64,000 bases of DNA from Ignavibacteriaceae bacterium (GTDB lineage Bacteria; Bacteroidota; Ignavibacteria; Ignavibacteriales; Ignavibacteriaceae): contig JABWCA010000002.1 in assembly GCA_013359345.1 (NCBI GenBank), forward strand, positions 740 to 64,739, in the 5' to 3' direction. Under the pieces are notes generated by a model. It searched no databases and was not told the DNA's origin. It saw only the letters and a list, made by a program, of their open reading frames with translations. The translations under genes and the position numbers were made by a program. Each line of letters starts with the position of its first letter. The first letter of the stretch is position 1. This document shows positions 8,859 to 21,626 of this stretch, one piece after another.

Positions 8859-9983
8859 ATGAAGTTTAATATTAACAGTAAAGAATTTGATAAAGTACTT
8901 TCTAAAGTGGCGCTTGCTATTCCTGCAAGAACCGTGTTACCGGTACTCTACAACGTACTCATTGATATAAAAGATAATGTTTTATCAATTACTGCTTCTG
9001 ATAACGAAAATACAATTAAAGCGGTGTTTCCCGTTAACAGTGAATCTGACATGAGCCTTCTGCTGCCCGGAAAGCTGCTTACCGAACTGGTAAGAAACCT
9101 TCCCGACAGCGCACTTACTTTTGAAAAAGTTGATGACAGCCTCCTGAAGATAACCAGTGAGAACGGTGAATATGATCTTAATTATCTCCCCGCTTCAGAA
9201 TATCCTCAGGTGCCTGAATTTTCTGATTTCGCCGATGCAGATAAAATAACTTTAAGTCCCGCAAATCTTAAAAGAATCATACATCTCACAACATTTGCCG
9301 CTTCAAAAGATCCGGTTAAGCTTTCTCTTACAGGTGTACTTTTTGACATGACCACAGAGGGAACAAATTTTGTTGCCACAGACGGCCATAAGCTTGTTCA
9401 GCTGTTCAGCCCTGTTCTGGTTCCTGAAAAGAGCGGAGATATGATCATCCCCGAGAAAACCCTGAACCTCCTTGCAAAAATCATGGACCTGGGTGATGTT
9501 GAGATATTCCATATAGGAAAGGATAAGGTCCTTTTCAGAATGGAGAATATTCAGCTTATATCAAGGCTGATCAAGCAGAATTATCCCGATTACAGAAATG
9601 TGATTCCGGCAGAGAATAACAATATTGCAACACTCAGCAAAGATAATCTCCTTTCAACTGTAAAACGCGTTTCGGTGGTATCATCACAGTCAATGGTTGA
9701 TCAGGTTAAATTTGTTTTCACGAGAGATAATCTTGAGATAACCGTGCAGGATATTTCATCCGGTTCAAAAGCGACTGAAAATATGATGATTGATTATGTG
9801 GGTCAGGATCTGACCATCGGATTCAAAAGCTCTCATCTCATTGATATACTTTCACACATGGAAGGCGATAAAATAACAGTGCATATGGATACGCCCACGA
9901 GAGCAGTTTTAATAAAACCTGTTGAGCTTAAGGAAGGAGAGACTTTACTTATGCTCTCTATGCCTATAAGGCTTAATTACTAA
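8859..9983 (+). CDS. dnaN: DNA polymerase III beta sliding clamp
   Basis: 374 aa, VATDGHKL, YPDYRNVIP, C-terminal MPIRL; GGAGG RBS; synteny. Confidence 0.98.
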   Translation: MKFNINSKEFDKVLSKVALAIPARTVLPVLYNVLIDIKDNVLSITASDNENTIKAVFPVNSESDMSLLLPGKLLTELVRNLPDSALTFEKVDDSLLKITSENGEYDLNYLPASEYPQVPEFSDFADADKITLSPANLKRIIHLTTFAASKDPVKLSLTGVLFDMTTEGTNFVATDGHKLVQLFSPVLVPEKSGDMIIPEKTLNLLAKIMDLGDVEIFHIGKDKVLFRMENIQLISRLIKQNYPDYRNVIPAENNNIATLSKDNLLSTVKRVSVVSSQSMVDQVKFVFTRDNLEITVQDISSGSKATENMMIDYVGQDLTIGFKSSHLIDILSHMEGDKITVHMDTPTRAVLIKPVELKEGETLLMLSMPIRLNY

Positions 9984-9986
9984 AAA

Positions 9987-11093
9987 ATGATTGTTAATTC
10001 GTTACGACTTAAAAATTTCAGAATACATAAAAACTCAATTTTCAACTTTTCTGAAAAGCTGAACTTTATAGTTGGTGGTAACGGACAAGGAAAAACGACC
10101 ATTTTAGAATCAATTTATCTGATCTGCACAACAAAGAGTTTTAAATCATCGTCAGATTCCGAACTTGCCGGTTTTGAGAGCGAGGGTTATGAAGTCTCGG
10201 CAACGGTAAGTGAAAAAACAGAATCTGATGTTAAAGTAATCTATCTGAGGGATGAAAAGAAAAAAAGGTACCTTAGAGATTCGAAAAATATTACCCGGAT
10301 TTCTGATATAATCGGAAAATTTCCTGTTGTTCTCCTTACTCCTGCTGATTCCGAAATCACCCACGGCTACGCCACCGAGAGAAGAAGGTTAATCGATTCT
10401 ATAATTTCCCAGTCAAGCGAACTCTACTTTGAAATCCTTATGGATTATTCAAAGACGGTTAAACAACGGGCTGCCCTGCTTAACATGATCAGGGAAAAAA
10501 GGCTCAGTTATCTGTTTGATGAGCTTGATGCCTGGGATGAAAAGCTCGTTAAAGAGGGTATGGAGCTGATGAAATACCGTGAGAAATTTCTTACGGGCTT
10601 TAATGAATATGTAACAGATGCTTTCAGGCAGGTAGTTGAGCTTAAGGAAACACCAGTTATCAGGTATGATTCTATTTATGTTAATGGTTATGATACTCCT
10701 GAAAAATTTTCAGAACTCCTTAAGAAAAACCGCGATAAGGAAATTTACCGGGGGGTTAACCTCTACGGACCGCACAGAGATGAATTTCTTTTTTATCTGA
10801 ATGATAAACTGCTTAAGAGCTACGGCTCGCAGGGGCAGCATAAAACTTTTCAGGTGGCTCTCAGGTTTGCACAGTTCTTTTATCTGAAGCAGATTCTTAA
10901 CAGAACACCTGTTTTTCTGCTTGATGATGTTTTCGGGGAGCTTGATCAGAACAGATCTGTTAAGATAAGCAGTTTTCTATCTGAGATAGGACAGGCTTTT
11001 ATAACGCTGACTGATTTTTCAAATTATCAGAGCCTCGTTTCAGATACGGGTAATTCATGCTTTAACATTGAAGAAGGTAAAATAAGAGCCTGA
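9987..11093 (+). CDS. recF: DNA replication/repair protein RecF
   Basis: GGNGQGKT Walker A, GPHRD, GSQGQ, LLDDVFGELD; synteny. Confidence 0.97.
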   Translation: MIVNSLRLKNFRIHKNSIFNFSEKLNFIVGGNGQGKTTILESIYLICTTKSFKSSSDSELAGFESEGYEVSATVSEKTESDVKVIYLRDEKKKRYLRDSKNITRISDIIGKFPVVLLTPADSEITHGYATERRRLIDSIISQSSELYFEILMDYSKTVKQRAALLNMIREKRLSYLFDELDAWDEKLVKEGMELMKYREKFLTGFNEYVTDAFRQVVELKETPVIRYDSIYVNGYDTPEKFSELLKKNRDKEIYRGVNLYGPHRDEFLFYLNDKLLKSYGSQGQHKTFQVALRFAQFFYLKQILNRTPVFLLDDVFGELDQNRSVKISSFLSEIGQAFITLTDFSNYQSLVSDTGNSCFNIEEGKIRA

Positions 11094-11094
11094 A

Positions 11095-13369
<2,275 letters not shown>

Positions 13370-13384
13370 AGAATAATACAAACT

Positions 13385-15820
13385 ATGAATACACTTTTTG
13401 ATAAAATCATTCCGATAAATCTGGAAGATGAGTTAAAATCATCTTATATCGATTATTCAATGTCGGTCATTGTTTCAAGGGCGCTGCCCGATGTGAGAGA
13501 CGGTCTTAAGCCGGTTCACAGAAGGGTTCTCTACGGTATGTATGAGCTCGGGGTTCCTTATAACAAGCCGTACAAAAAATCAGCAAGAATTGTGGGTGAG
13601 GTTCTCGGTAAGTACCACCCTCACGGTGATACTGCCGTTTATGACACCATGGTCAGAATGGTGCAGGATTTCTCACTGAGATATCCGCTCGTTGACGGAC
13701 AGGGTAACTTCGGGTCTGTTGACGGCGATTCACCTGCGGCAATGCGTTACACCGAGGCAAGGCTTGCGCGTATTGCAGATGAAATGCTGCGCGATCTCGA
13801 CAAAAACACAGTTAATTTTGCACCCAACTTTGATGATACCCTGCAGGAGCCGAGAGTATTACCCTCTTATCTTCCTAATCTGCTCGTAAACGGTTCAAGC
13901 GGTATTGCGGTTGGCATGGCAACAAACATTCCCCCTCATAACCTGACCGAAGTTATAAACGGGCTTGTTGAGGTTATTGATAACCCCGCAATTACAGTTG
14001 AGGATATCATGAAGCATATATCTGCTCCTGATTTCCCCACCGGCGGTATCATATTCGGTTATGAAGAAGTTAAAAATGCCTACCTCACGGGAAGAGGCAA
14101 AATAATTCTCCGCGCCAAGGCAAACACCGAGGTTCAGAAAAACGGAAAAACAAGCATTATCATATCTGAGCTTCCTTACCAGGTTAACAAGGCCACTCTC
14201 ATTGAAAAGATAGCCATGCTTGTTAAAGAAGGAAAGCTGACAGGTATTTCAAATATACGCGATGAATCTGACCGCGATGGTATGAGAGTGGTGATTGAGC
14301 TTAAGAAAGACGGCCAGCCCGCAACTCTTATGAATCAGCTTTACAAGCACACCCAGATGCAGGTAACATTCGGCGTTATAATGCTTGCACTTGTTAACGG
14401 CGTGCCAAAGATACTTAACCTTAAAGAGATGATGACGCACTTCCTTGATCACAGAATGGATGTGCTCATAAGAAGAACAAAGTTTGATCTTGATGCGGCC
14501 GAGCGCAGAGCTCATATACTGGAAGGTTATATAATTGCTCTTGATAACATTGATGAAGTTATTGAGACAATAAAGAAATCAGCAGATGTTGAAACTGCTA
14601 AAAACAACCTTATGTCAAAGTTCGGACTTTCAGAGATACAGGCAAAAGCAATTCTCGATATGAGACTTCAGCGCCTTACAGGTCTTGAAAGAAAGAAGAT
14701 TGAAGATGAATACAGAGCAGTGATTCAGCTTATCGAAAAACTCAAAAGCATTCTTGAATCTGAAGAACTCAGAAAGCAGATCATAAAAGAAGAACTTCTT
14801 CAGCTTAAAGAGAAATACGGTGACGGCAGAAAAACAGAAATAGTTTACCAGTATGATGAATTCTCGATTGAGGATCTTATAGCCGAAGAGGATGTTGTTG
14901 TGACAATTTCTCATCAGGGTTACATCAAGAGATTCCCCGTGAGCGGTTACCGCAAACAGAAACGCGGAGGCAGAGGAGTTACCGGAGCAGGCACCAAAGA
15001 TGAAGATTTCATTGAAACGATGTTTATTGCTTCAACTCATCATTATATTCTCTTCTTCACTGATAAAGGAAAGGTCTACTGGCTTAAAGTGCATGAGATT
15101 CCGGATGTCGGCAGAACAGCAAGAGGCAAATCGGTCATCAACCTTATTGAAAAGGAAAAAGATGAGAAGATTAAAGCATTTGTGGCCGTTAAGGAATTCA
15201 GAAACGACCAGTATCTTATCATGTGCACCAAAAACGGCACAATCAAAAAAACAGTTCTTTCTGCCTACGGCAATGTGAGAAGAAATGGTATAAATGCCAT
15301 TAATCTGGTTGACGGCGATGATCTGATAGCAGCTAAAATATGTGAAAAGGGTGATAATATCATCATTGGCACACATGAAGGTCTTGCAATAAGATTTGAT
15401 GAGGCAAAAGTGCGCGATATGGGCCGCACAGCAACAGGTGTTAAGGGTATCACCCTTGAAAAAGGCGACTTTGTTGTGGGCATGCTTGTGATCAAGAGAC
15501 AGGGCACCATTCTTGCGGTTACCGATAATGGTTACGGCAAGAGATCTGATGTTTCTGATTACAGGGTTACCGGCAGAGGCGGCAAAGGTATAATAACCGT
15601 TAAAACCACCGAAAAAACCGGTAAACTCATTGCCATCATGGAAGTAACCGACAGCGAAGAGCTTATAGTCATAACTATTCAGGGTATGGCAATAAGAATG
15701 TCAATGAAGGATATCCGTGTGATGGGCAGAAACACCCAGGGTGTCAGGATAGTAAACCTTTATGAGGGTGATAATATCTCTGATATTGCCAAGTATGTGC
15801 CCGAGGATGATGAAGAATAG
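13385..15820 (+). CDS. gyrA: DNA gyrase subunit A
   Basis: [13 protein letters not shown], catalytic AAMRYTE, GyrA-box QKRGGRG. Confidence 0.99.
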   Translation: MNTLFDKIIPINLEDELKSSYIDYSMSVIVSRALPDVRDGLKPVHRRVLYGMYELGVPYNKPYKKSARIVGEVLGKYHPHGDTAVYDTMVRMVQDFSLRYPLVDGQGNFGSVDGDSPAAMRYTEARLARIADEMLRDLDKNTVNFAPNFDDTLQEPRVLPSYLPNLLVNGSSGIAVGMATNIPPHNLTEVINGLVEVIDNPAITVEDIMKHISAPDFPTGGIIFGYEEVKNAYLTGRGKIILRAKANTEVQKNGKTSIIISELPYQVNKATLIEKIAMLVKEGKLTGISNIRDESDRDGMRVVIELKKDGQPATLMNQLYKHTQMQVTFGVIMLALVNGVPKILNLKEMMTHFLDHRMDVLIRRTKFDLDAAERRAHILEGYIIALDNIDEVIETIKKSADVETAKNNLMSKFGLSEIQAKAILDMRLQRLTGLERKKIEDEYRAVIQLIEKLKSILESEELRKQIIKEELLQLKEKYGDGRKTEIVYQYDEFSIEDLIAEEDVVVTISHQGYIKRFPVSGYRKQKRGGRGVTGAGTKDEDFIETMFIASTHHYILFFTDKGKVYWLKVHEIPDVGRTARGKSVINLIEKEKDEKIKAFVAVKEFRNDQYLIMCTKNGTIKKTVLSAYGNVRRNGINAINLVDGDDLIAAKICEKGDNIIIGTHEGLAIRFDEAKVRDMGRTATGVKGITLEKGDFVVGMLVIKRQGTILAVTDNGYGKRSDVSDYRVTGRGGKGIITVKTTEKTGKLIAIMEVTDSEELIVITIQGMAIRMSMKDIRVMGRNTQGVRIVNLYEGDNISDIAKYVPEDDEE

Positions 15821-15840
15821 TCTTAATATTTAAGATGCGA

Positions 15841-15875
15841 AAAAAAAGGCGGGTCACCCCGCCTTTTTTATTTTC
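15841..15875. repeat. Bidirectional terminator after gyrA; left copy of a 35-bp direct repeat
   Basis: AAAAAAAGGCGGGTCACCCCGCCTTTTTTATTTTC; 34/35 identical to 16565-16599. Confidence 0.9.
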
Positions 15876-15962
15876 AGCATGAATCTGCAGTTTTATTGAT
15901 GATGAATAATTGAAAAAAAATTGATATTTTTAATAATTTAAGAGTCAGAATGAGGTGTGGCC

Positions 15963-16199
15963 ATGGAAGGATTAAATTTTATTATTGATAAAAACGGAAA
16001 AAAGATAGCTGCGGTACTCGATTATGAAAAATATAAAGAGGTTATCGATAACCTGATAAAAAAAGAAAAAAAGAAGAAAAAAACCCGCATCAGTGATTTT
16101 GCGGGATACATAGAAAAAGATCAGTTAAAACAAATTTCTGATGCCATTTCAAAAGATTGTGAAAAGGTTGACGGGGATGAGTGGCAGATAACTTCTTGA
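15963..16199 (+). CDS. Putative VapB-type antitoxin
   Basis: Small protein overlapping a PIN gene; C-terminal 'DFAGYI...AISKDCEKVDGDEW' resembles PIN-associated antitoxins; GAGG RBS before ATG 15963. Confidence 0.6.
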   Translation: MEGLNFIIDKNGKKIAAVLDYEKYKEVIDNLIKKEKKKKKTRISDFAGYIEKDQLKQISDAISKDCEKVDGDEWQITS

Positions 16200-16566
16200 T
16201 ACAAACATCATTATTGCATTATTTAATAATGAACAGGAAATAGTTGAGAAACTTAAATCATCAGATTACTTTGCGGTAAGCAATATCAGTATGGGAGAAT
16301 TATTTTATGGAGCTGAAAAATCTGAAAAATCGAAACAAAACATAAAAAAAATAAATGACTTTGCTGAAATAGCTTAGCTATTGGAATTAAATCTTATTAC
16401 AGCTGCATATTATGGCAAAATCAAGAATAATTTAAGATTGAAGGGTAAGCCAATTCCTGAAAATGATATTTGGATTGCGGCAGCAGCACTTCAAAATAAT
16501 TTAACAGTTATCACAAGAGATAAACATTTTCTGGAAATTGATTTAATAAAATCAGAAATCTGGTAA
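16177..16566 (+). pseudogene. vapC: VapC/PIN toxin pseudogene with two in-frame stops
   Basis: MSGR*LLDTNIIIALF...GELFYGAEKS...FAEIA*LLELN...KGKPIPENDIWIAAAA...TRDKHF; stops TAA 16189-16191 and TAG 16375-16377. Confidence 0.88.
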
Positions 16567-16599
16567 AAAAAGGCGGGTCACCCTGCCTTTTTTATTTTC
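16565..16599. repeat. Right copy of the 35-bp direct repeat; bidirectional terminator overlapping the glgA stop
   Basis: AAAAAAAGGCGGGTCACCCTGCCTTTTTTATTTTC. Confidence 0.9.
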
Positions 16600-18070
16600 T
16601 CTTTGCAATTGCGTGATGGTACATCAGTTCATAGCGCTTTGCAGAAACCTCCCATGAATAGTCTTTGGCCATTCCGTTCAGCATAAGCTTGTGCCATGCA
16701 TCCCTGTGATGGTAGGTTTCAATAGCCCTTTTAACAGTGGAGACAAGAGCCGGTCCTGTGTAATCATAAAATGAGAATCCGGTACCGTCCTGTGCCCCGA
16801 AATGTTCATGCCAGTCCATTACTGTATCTGCCAGTCCGCCCGTTCTTCTTACCAGCGGCACAGTGCCGTATTTAAGGCTGTATATCTGATTAAGTCCGCA
16901 GGGTTCATAGAGAGACGGCATAAGGAACATATCAGAACCCGCCTCAATAAGGTGAGCAAGCTCCTCGTTTTTTCCTCTCCAGATACCCACTTTGTCAGGA
17001 AATTTATGATGGAGCAACTCAAAAAGATCTTCATATTTCTGCTCGCCGCTGCCAAGCACCACAAACTGAGCGGGGAGCTGCAGAAGTTCTGCCACCGCAT
17101 CGGCTATAATATCAAAACCTTTCTGCCCCACAAGCCTTGAAACCATTCCTATTACAGGAGTGCCGTGGTGAAAAGGCATATGAAAATATCTGAGAAGGTA
17201 TTTTTTGTTTTCTGTTTTGCCTGAAAGGTCATCTCTTGTGTAGCGGTATGGGATCATGGGATCGCGGTCAGGATTCCATACAGAATAATCAACACCGTTG
17301 AGTATCCCGAAAAAGTCATTGATCCTGTAATTAAGCACTCCCTGCAAACCTTCGCCGTAATCAGAGGTGGTTATCTCACGGGCATATGTCATGCTTACGG
17401 TATTGATAACGTCAGAATACATCAGACCCGTTTTCAGAAAACAGAAACTCCCCCATACTTCAATGGGGCTGTTCTGATAAAAGAGTTCCGGGCGTATCTC
17501 GGCCTTATAGATAGTATCTTTTGAAAATCTGCCCTGATACCCTATGTTATGAATAGTTATTGCTGTGGCAGTTTTATCAAAAAAACGGTCCCAGCTGTAA
17601 TTATCCCTGAGCAGCAGCGGAATAATAGCTGTTGGCCAGTCGTTAACGTGAAGAATTTCAGGCGCCCATTTCAGCCTCTGGATTGTTTCGATAACCGCTT
17701 TTGAAAAATGGATAAATCTTTCATCTTCATCACCCTGGCTCGTATAGATAAGGTGTGTGTTTTTGTAGTCTTTCCTGTGATAATAGTGGGGGCAGTCAAT
17801 CAGATAAACTTCAACCGCTGAATCGGGAAGGTTAGTCTTAAAGACCCTGGTAGTATGAGTGTTTCCGGCAACTCTTACGGGCATTTCTCCAACCTGATGA
17901 ACATATTCAATATGGTGCCCGAACTCGTTAATTGCAGAATATCGGGGCAGAAACACTTTCACATCGTGACCCAGCGATGTAAGAGCTTTCGGAAGGGCAC
18001 CTGATACATCACCAAGACCGCCAACCTTTGCAAAAGGGAAAACCTCAGAAGAGGCAAAAGCAATTCTCAT
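16592..18070 (-). CDS. glgA: Glycogen synthase
   Basis: KVGGLGDV, HVNDW, TIHNIGYQG, SRLVGQKG, PSLYEPCGLNQ, TGGLADTV. Confidence 0.97.
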   Translation of the reverse strand: MRIAFASSEVFPFAKVGGLGDVSGALPKALTSLGHDVKVFLPRYSAINEFGHHIEYVHQVGEMPVRVAGNTHTTRVFKTNLPDSAVEVYLIDCPHYYHRKDYKNTHLIYTSQGDEDERFIHFSKAVIETIQRLKWAPEILHVNDWPTAIIPLLLRDNYSWDRFFDKTATAITIHNIGYQGRFSKDTIYKAEIRPELFYQNSPIEVWGSFCFLKTGLMYSDVINTVSMTYAREITTSDYGEGLQGVLNYRINDFFGILNGVDYSVWNPDRDPMIPYRYTRDDLSGKTENKKYLLRYFHMPFHHGTPVIGMVSRLVGQKGFDIIADAVAELLQLPAQFVVLGSGEQKYEDLFELLHHKFPDKVGIWRGKNEELAHLIEAGSDMFLMPSLYEPCGLNQIYSLKYGTVPLVRRTGGLADTVMDWHEHFGAQDGTGFSFYDYTGPALVSTVKRAIETYHHRDAWHKLMLNGMAKDYSWEVSAKRYELMYHHAIAKRK

Positions 18071-18074
18071 AAAA

Positions 18075-19457
18075 TCATACCTTTTTATCTATATGGTTTT
18101 TTATTCTGCCGAAAGTTTTTTCCGCATTTCTGATACATTCCCCAACCGGCACCCCGCCTGTAAAGGTGCCTGTGGCAAAAAAGCCCCTGTTAATCTCTTC
18201 AAAGTCATTAAGATTCCGGAGAATTTTATCATAACCTTTGTGATACCGTGGAACGGCGTTTTTCCAGATCCTGAGATTGGTTGTAACAGGCTTGTTTTTA
18301 ATTTTCAGTATACCGCTGAACGCGCTTATAAGTTCTTTCTTGATTTCGGCCGGCTCCTTTTTCAGCAGGTCTCCGTTATCTTCCCCTCCGAACAATATAG
18401 TGAACGCCGATTCATCAGGCGGTGCAGAAGCCGTATTAATTTCAGAATTGCACAGCACTGTGAGAAACGGCATCTTTTCAGCACCCGGAATCATGATTGC
18501 AGAACCGTCAAAAGGTATTCCCAGATCTGCTTTCTTAAAAGTTACAAACAGAGAACCAAGAGAGCTGTATTTTATTTTCAGGAGATCTTTTTTCAAATTA
18601 GAGTAATTTTCGCCTAAAACCGCAGAAAGGGCGTACGCAGGAAGCGCCGAAACAACGTAATCACAATCATATCTCTTTTTGCGGCCGGTATGAAAAAAAC
18701 TGACCGCAAAACCATCCTCATTTTTTGTGACGCTTTCAACCTCTGCAACTGTTGTCAGGTTTATCCCCAGTCTTGAAATCAGAGCATTTGTAAATACACT
18801 CATGCCATTCTTAAAAGTGATATAATTACCCTGAAACCCGGAACTCCTGTTTGATTTCTTTTTTGATTCAGCGAGCGCCTTCTGTATTCCGGCAATTATG
18901 CTCCCGTATTTCTGCTCAATTGCAAAAAGATCGGGATAAGAGGAGGCGATATTTATATCTGCACCGCTGCCTGCATAAACGGAGCTGACAAACGGCTCAA
19001 AATAATAGTCAAAAAATTCAGGCCCCAGCCTTCTGGTGATAAAATCCTGAACTGTCACCGCGTAGCCGTTTTTTGTTCTGGGCACAAAAGGCTCGGCAAG
19101 AATTTTCAGCTTGCTTTTATAATTAAAAAGAGGGGTTGAAAAAAAATCGGTAACGGTTGAAGGCATCGGGAAAAGAGACCCGTTTTTAAGAACAAACCTC
19201 TTAAAAGCAGAAACTGAAACGAGTTCATTTTTAAGCTGAAGGTCTTTAATCAGTTTTAAAGTTGCGGGAGTGACGTCAATAAATCCGGCTGCCCCTTTGT
19301 CAATCACATAACCTGATTCCCTCGTTGTTTCTATCATACCGCCGGCGGTGCTGTTTTTCTCAAATACCGTAACTTCATAACCTGAAGAGAGTAAAAGGTA
19401 CGCAGTTGTAAGCCCCGTTACACCCCCGCCGAGAACAGCAATCTTGGGTTTGTTCAT
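18075..19457 (-). CDS. hemY: HemY-type protoporphyrinogen/coproporphyrinogen oxidase
   Basis: N-terminal GGGVTGL FAD motif, EPFVSSVYAG, TFKNGM, WKNAVPRY, GVPVGECI. Confidence 0.8.
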   Translation of the reverse strand: MNKPKIAVLGGGVTGLTTAYLLLSSGYEVTVFEKNSTAGGMIETTRESGYVIDKGAAGFIDVTPATLKLIKDLQLKNELVSVSAFKRFVLKNGSLFPMPSTVTDFFSTPLFNYKSKLKILAEPFVPRTKNGYAVTVQDFITRRLGPEFFDYYFEPFVSSVYAGSGADINIASSYPDLFAIEQKYGSIIAGIQKALAESKKKSNRSSGFQGNYITFKNGMSVFTNALISRLGINLTTVAEVESVTKNEDGFAVSFFHTGRKKRYDCDYVVSALPAYALSAVLGENYSNLKKDLLKIKYSSLGSLFVTFKKADLGIPFDGSAIMIPGAEKMPFLTVLCNSEINTASAPPDESAFTILFGGEDNGDLLKKEPAEIKKELISAFSGILKIKNKPVTTNLRIWKNAVPRYHKGYDKILRNLNDFEEINRGFFATGTFTGGVPVGECIRNAEKTFGRIKNHIDKKV

Positions 19458-19674
19458 AAAATTTAATTAAGGGAAAATGGAAAAATGATAAGATATGAAC
19501 AGTTAAATGTCCGTTAAATTTTCTTTTATCTAAAATTTTGTAATGAAAATTAACATTTTTACTAAAAAGATTTGTAATTTAGTAACCTATTTTTGCAGGT
19601 TTAACGGGTTTTAATTCATTTACGCCCAATTAATTGCATAATCAACCTCGTTCAAAAATATAAATACAGAGAAG

Positions 19675-21429
19675 ATGAGCTACTATCATAACAATCAAGG
19701 CCAGAACTTCGATTGGGAAACCCATTTCGAAAAAAGCGGCTACCTGGAAACCCCATCTTATAACACGACAATTGAATATTTCACGAGACTGGCCGATAAA
19801 TCCCCCTTCGCAAAGATTGTAAATTTTGGTGTAAGCCATCAGGGCAGGGATCTTAAATGTCTCATTTGCTCAAGCACAAAAGAAATTCAGCCGAAAAAGG
19901 CTAAACGAAGCGGACGTGCTATTATTTTTATTCAGGCCGGTATTCATGCTGGTGAAATTGAAGGCAAAGATGCCTCAATGCTCCTGCTGCGTGATATAAT
20001 AGTCACCCGTGAAAAAGAGCATCTGCTTGAAAATACAATTCTCGTTGTTATTCCGTGTTTAAATCCTGACGGACACGAAAGAATGGGTGCTAATAACAGA
20101 CCAAATCAGCTGGGTCCCACCCTCTCGGGCTGGAGAACCAACGCGCTTAATATTGATCTCAACAGGGATTATACTAAGGCTGATTCGGCTGAAATCAAAT
20201 CGCTTCTCAGATTATGGTCAATATGGACACCTGATTTTTATATAGACACACATACAACCAATGGTCTGGATTATCAGTATCATCTGTCATACGGAATTGA
20301 AAGACATCATAATCTTGACCCGAGACTGGTGCAGTTCGGCAACGAAATGATGATACCACAGGTAATTAAGGGAGTTGAAGACAAAGGATTCCTTATCTCA
20401 CCCTATATTGAGCCTGTTTCCGAAAATATCACAGACGGCATCACAAGCTGGTCATATGAACCGCGCTATTCAACAGGTTATGCAGCAGCCCAGAACAGAC
20501 TCGGCCTTCTGGTTGAGGCGCATTCTTTAAAACCCTATAAAGACAGGGTTTTTGCCACCAAAGCCATTCTTGAAGAAACAATTGAGTATATCAACACTAA
20601 TTTCAGGGAACTGAAAGATCTTAACAGGTTTGCTGATAAAAGAGCGGTTCAGAAATTCTTCATGGAGAAAAAGAGATATCCCATTCTGCTTGAAGGAAAT
20701 TCTGAAAATGAACCTTTCCTCTTTAAAGGCTACAAAACAAGTGAAACCGAAAGCATTATCACCGGCAAAAAGGTAATTCAGTACACTGATGAAAAAACCG
20801 AATTTGAGATACCTCACTACAATAAAACCGAAGTGATAAAGACCGTAAAGGTTCCTGATGCATATCTCATTCCGGCTGAACTGAAATGGGTTCCGCGGCT
20901 CTTAAAGCTTCACGGAGTTATATTTAAGGTGCTCGACAGAGATATAACCTGTGAAGTTGAAAAGTATATGTTCACTAACGTGAAGTTTAAAAATTACCCG
21001 AGCGAAGGCAAGATGCAGGCTGATTTTGAAGTGATCGCATTCCAGGATACTGTTAAAATTCAGCGCGGCTCATACATGGTTCCTCTCAGCCAGAGAACTA
21101 TAAGGGTGCTGCTTAATCTGCTTGAACCTCTTGGCCCTGATTCACTTGCAAGATGGGGCTATTTCAATTCATGCATGGAAAGAAAAGAATACGTTGAAGA
21201 TTTCGTATTTGAGCCGATTGCCAGAGAAATGCTTGAAAAAGATGACCGTCTGAGAGAAGAGTTTTACTTTACATTAGAGGAAAACCCTGAATTCAAGGCT
21301 GATTCAACAGCAAGGCTTGATTTCTTTTACTCAAGATCAGAATTTGCAGATAAAAACGAAAACGTTTATCCTGTTATGAGGCTTTTTGAGGCAAAACGTT
21401 ATTTCAGCTACTTTGACAGAGTACAATAA
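19675..21429 (+). CDS. M14-family zinc carboxypeptidase
   Basis: IHAGE, NPDG, DLNRD, DTHTT and VEAH motifs. Confidence 0.85.
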   Translation: MSYYHNNQGQNFDWETHFEKSGYLETPSYNTTIEYFTRLADKSPFAKIVNFGVSHQGRDLKCLICSSTKEIQPKKAKRSGRAIIFIQAGIHAGEIEGKDASMLLLRDIIVTREKEHLLENTILVVIPCLNPDGHERMGANNRPNQLGPTLSGWRTNALNIDLNRDYTKADSAEIKSLLRLWSIWTPDFYIDTHTTNGLDYQYHLSYGIERHHNLDPRLVQFGNEMMIPQVIKGVEDKGFLISPYIEPVSENITDGITSWSYEPRYSTGYAAAQNRLGLLVEAHSLKPYKDRVFATKAILEETIEYINTNFRELKDLNRFADKRAVQKFFMEKKRYPILLEGNSENEPFLFKGYKTSETESIITGKKVIQYTDEKTEFEIPHYNKTEVIKTVKVPDAYLIPAELKWVPRLLKLHGVIFKVLDRDITCEVEKYMFTNVKFKNYPSEGKMQADFEVIAFQDTVKIQRGSYMVPLSQRTIRVLLNLLEPLGPDSLARWGYFNSCMERKEYVEDFVFEPIAREMLEKDDRLREEFYFTLEENPEFKADSTARLDFFYSRSEFADKNENVYPVMRLFEAKRYFSYFDRVQ

Positions 21430-21440
21430 ATAAATTTTTC

Positions 21441-21468
21441 GGGGTTAATTTTCACTTAACCCCTTTTT
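21441..21468 (+). terminator. Intrinsic terminator after the M14 peptidase gene
   Basis: GGGGTTAA-N7-TTAACCCC-TTTTT. Confidence 0.7.
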
Positions 21469-21471
21469 CCC

Positions 21472-21502
21472 TTGACAGATTAATTGTCAGGGTTTATATT
21501 TG
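21472..21502 (+). promoter_or_regulatory. Promoter of the met operon
   Basis: TTGACA (21472-21477), 17 bp, TATATT(TG) (21495-21502), about 20 nt upstream of the riboswitch. Confidence 0.75.
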
Positions 21503-21521
21503 TGACACAAAAATTGAAAAT

Positions 21522-21620
21522 GTATCAAGAGTTTTTTCCCTTGCGGGAGAAACAGCAACCGGGTTACGGGCCCACGGTGCTAAAATGATACGCAGATGAT
21601 ATCTGAAATAAACCCGGTTT
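21522..21620 (+). ncRNA. SAM-I-clan riboswitch, P4-less (SAM-I/IV-like)
   Basis: ATCAAGAG ... CAGCAACC ... GGTGCTAA core; P1 GTATCA/TGATAC (21522-21527/21586-21591); simple P2 closed by TTGC; 3' hairpin CAGAT-GAT-ATCTG; precedes methionine genes. Confidence 0.85.
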
Positions 21621-21626
21621 AACAAA

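Noticed and set aside
13610..13650. GyrA QRDR has Thr at the E. coli Ser83-equivalent position ([10 protein letters not shown])
   Set aside because: Thr is a natural wild-type residue at this position in several taxa and is not evidence of acquired resistance.
16177..16566. Stop-codon recoding (Pyl/Sec or alternative genetic code) in vapC
   Set aside because: One stop is TAA, and TAG and TGA end conserved genes normally in this window (gyrA and clpB TAG; recF TGA). Pseudogenisation is simpler.
16592..19457. Functional link between the HemY-like gene and glgA (4-nt gap)
   Set aside because: Probably co-transcribed, but mixed-function operons are common in this window and nothing else supports a link.
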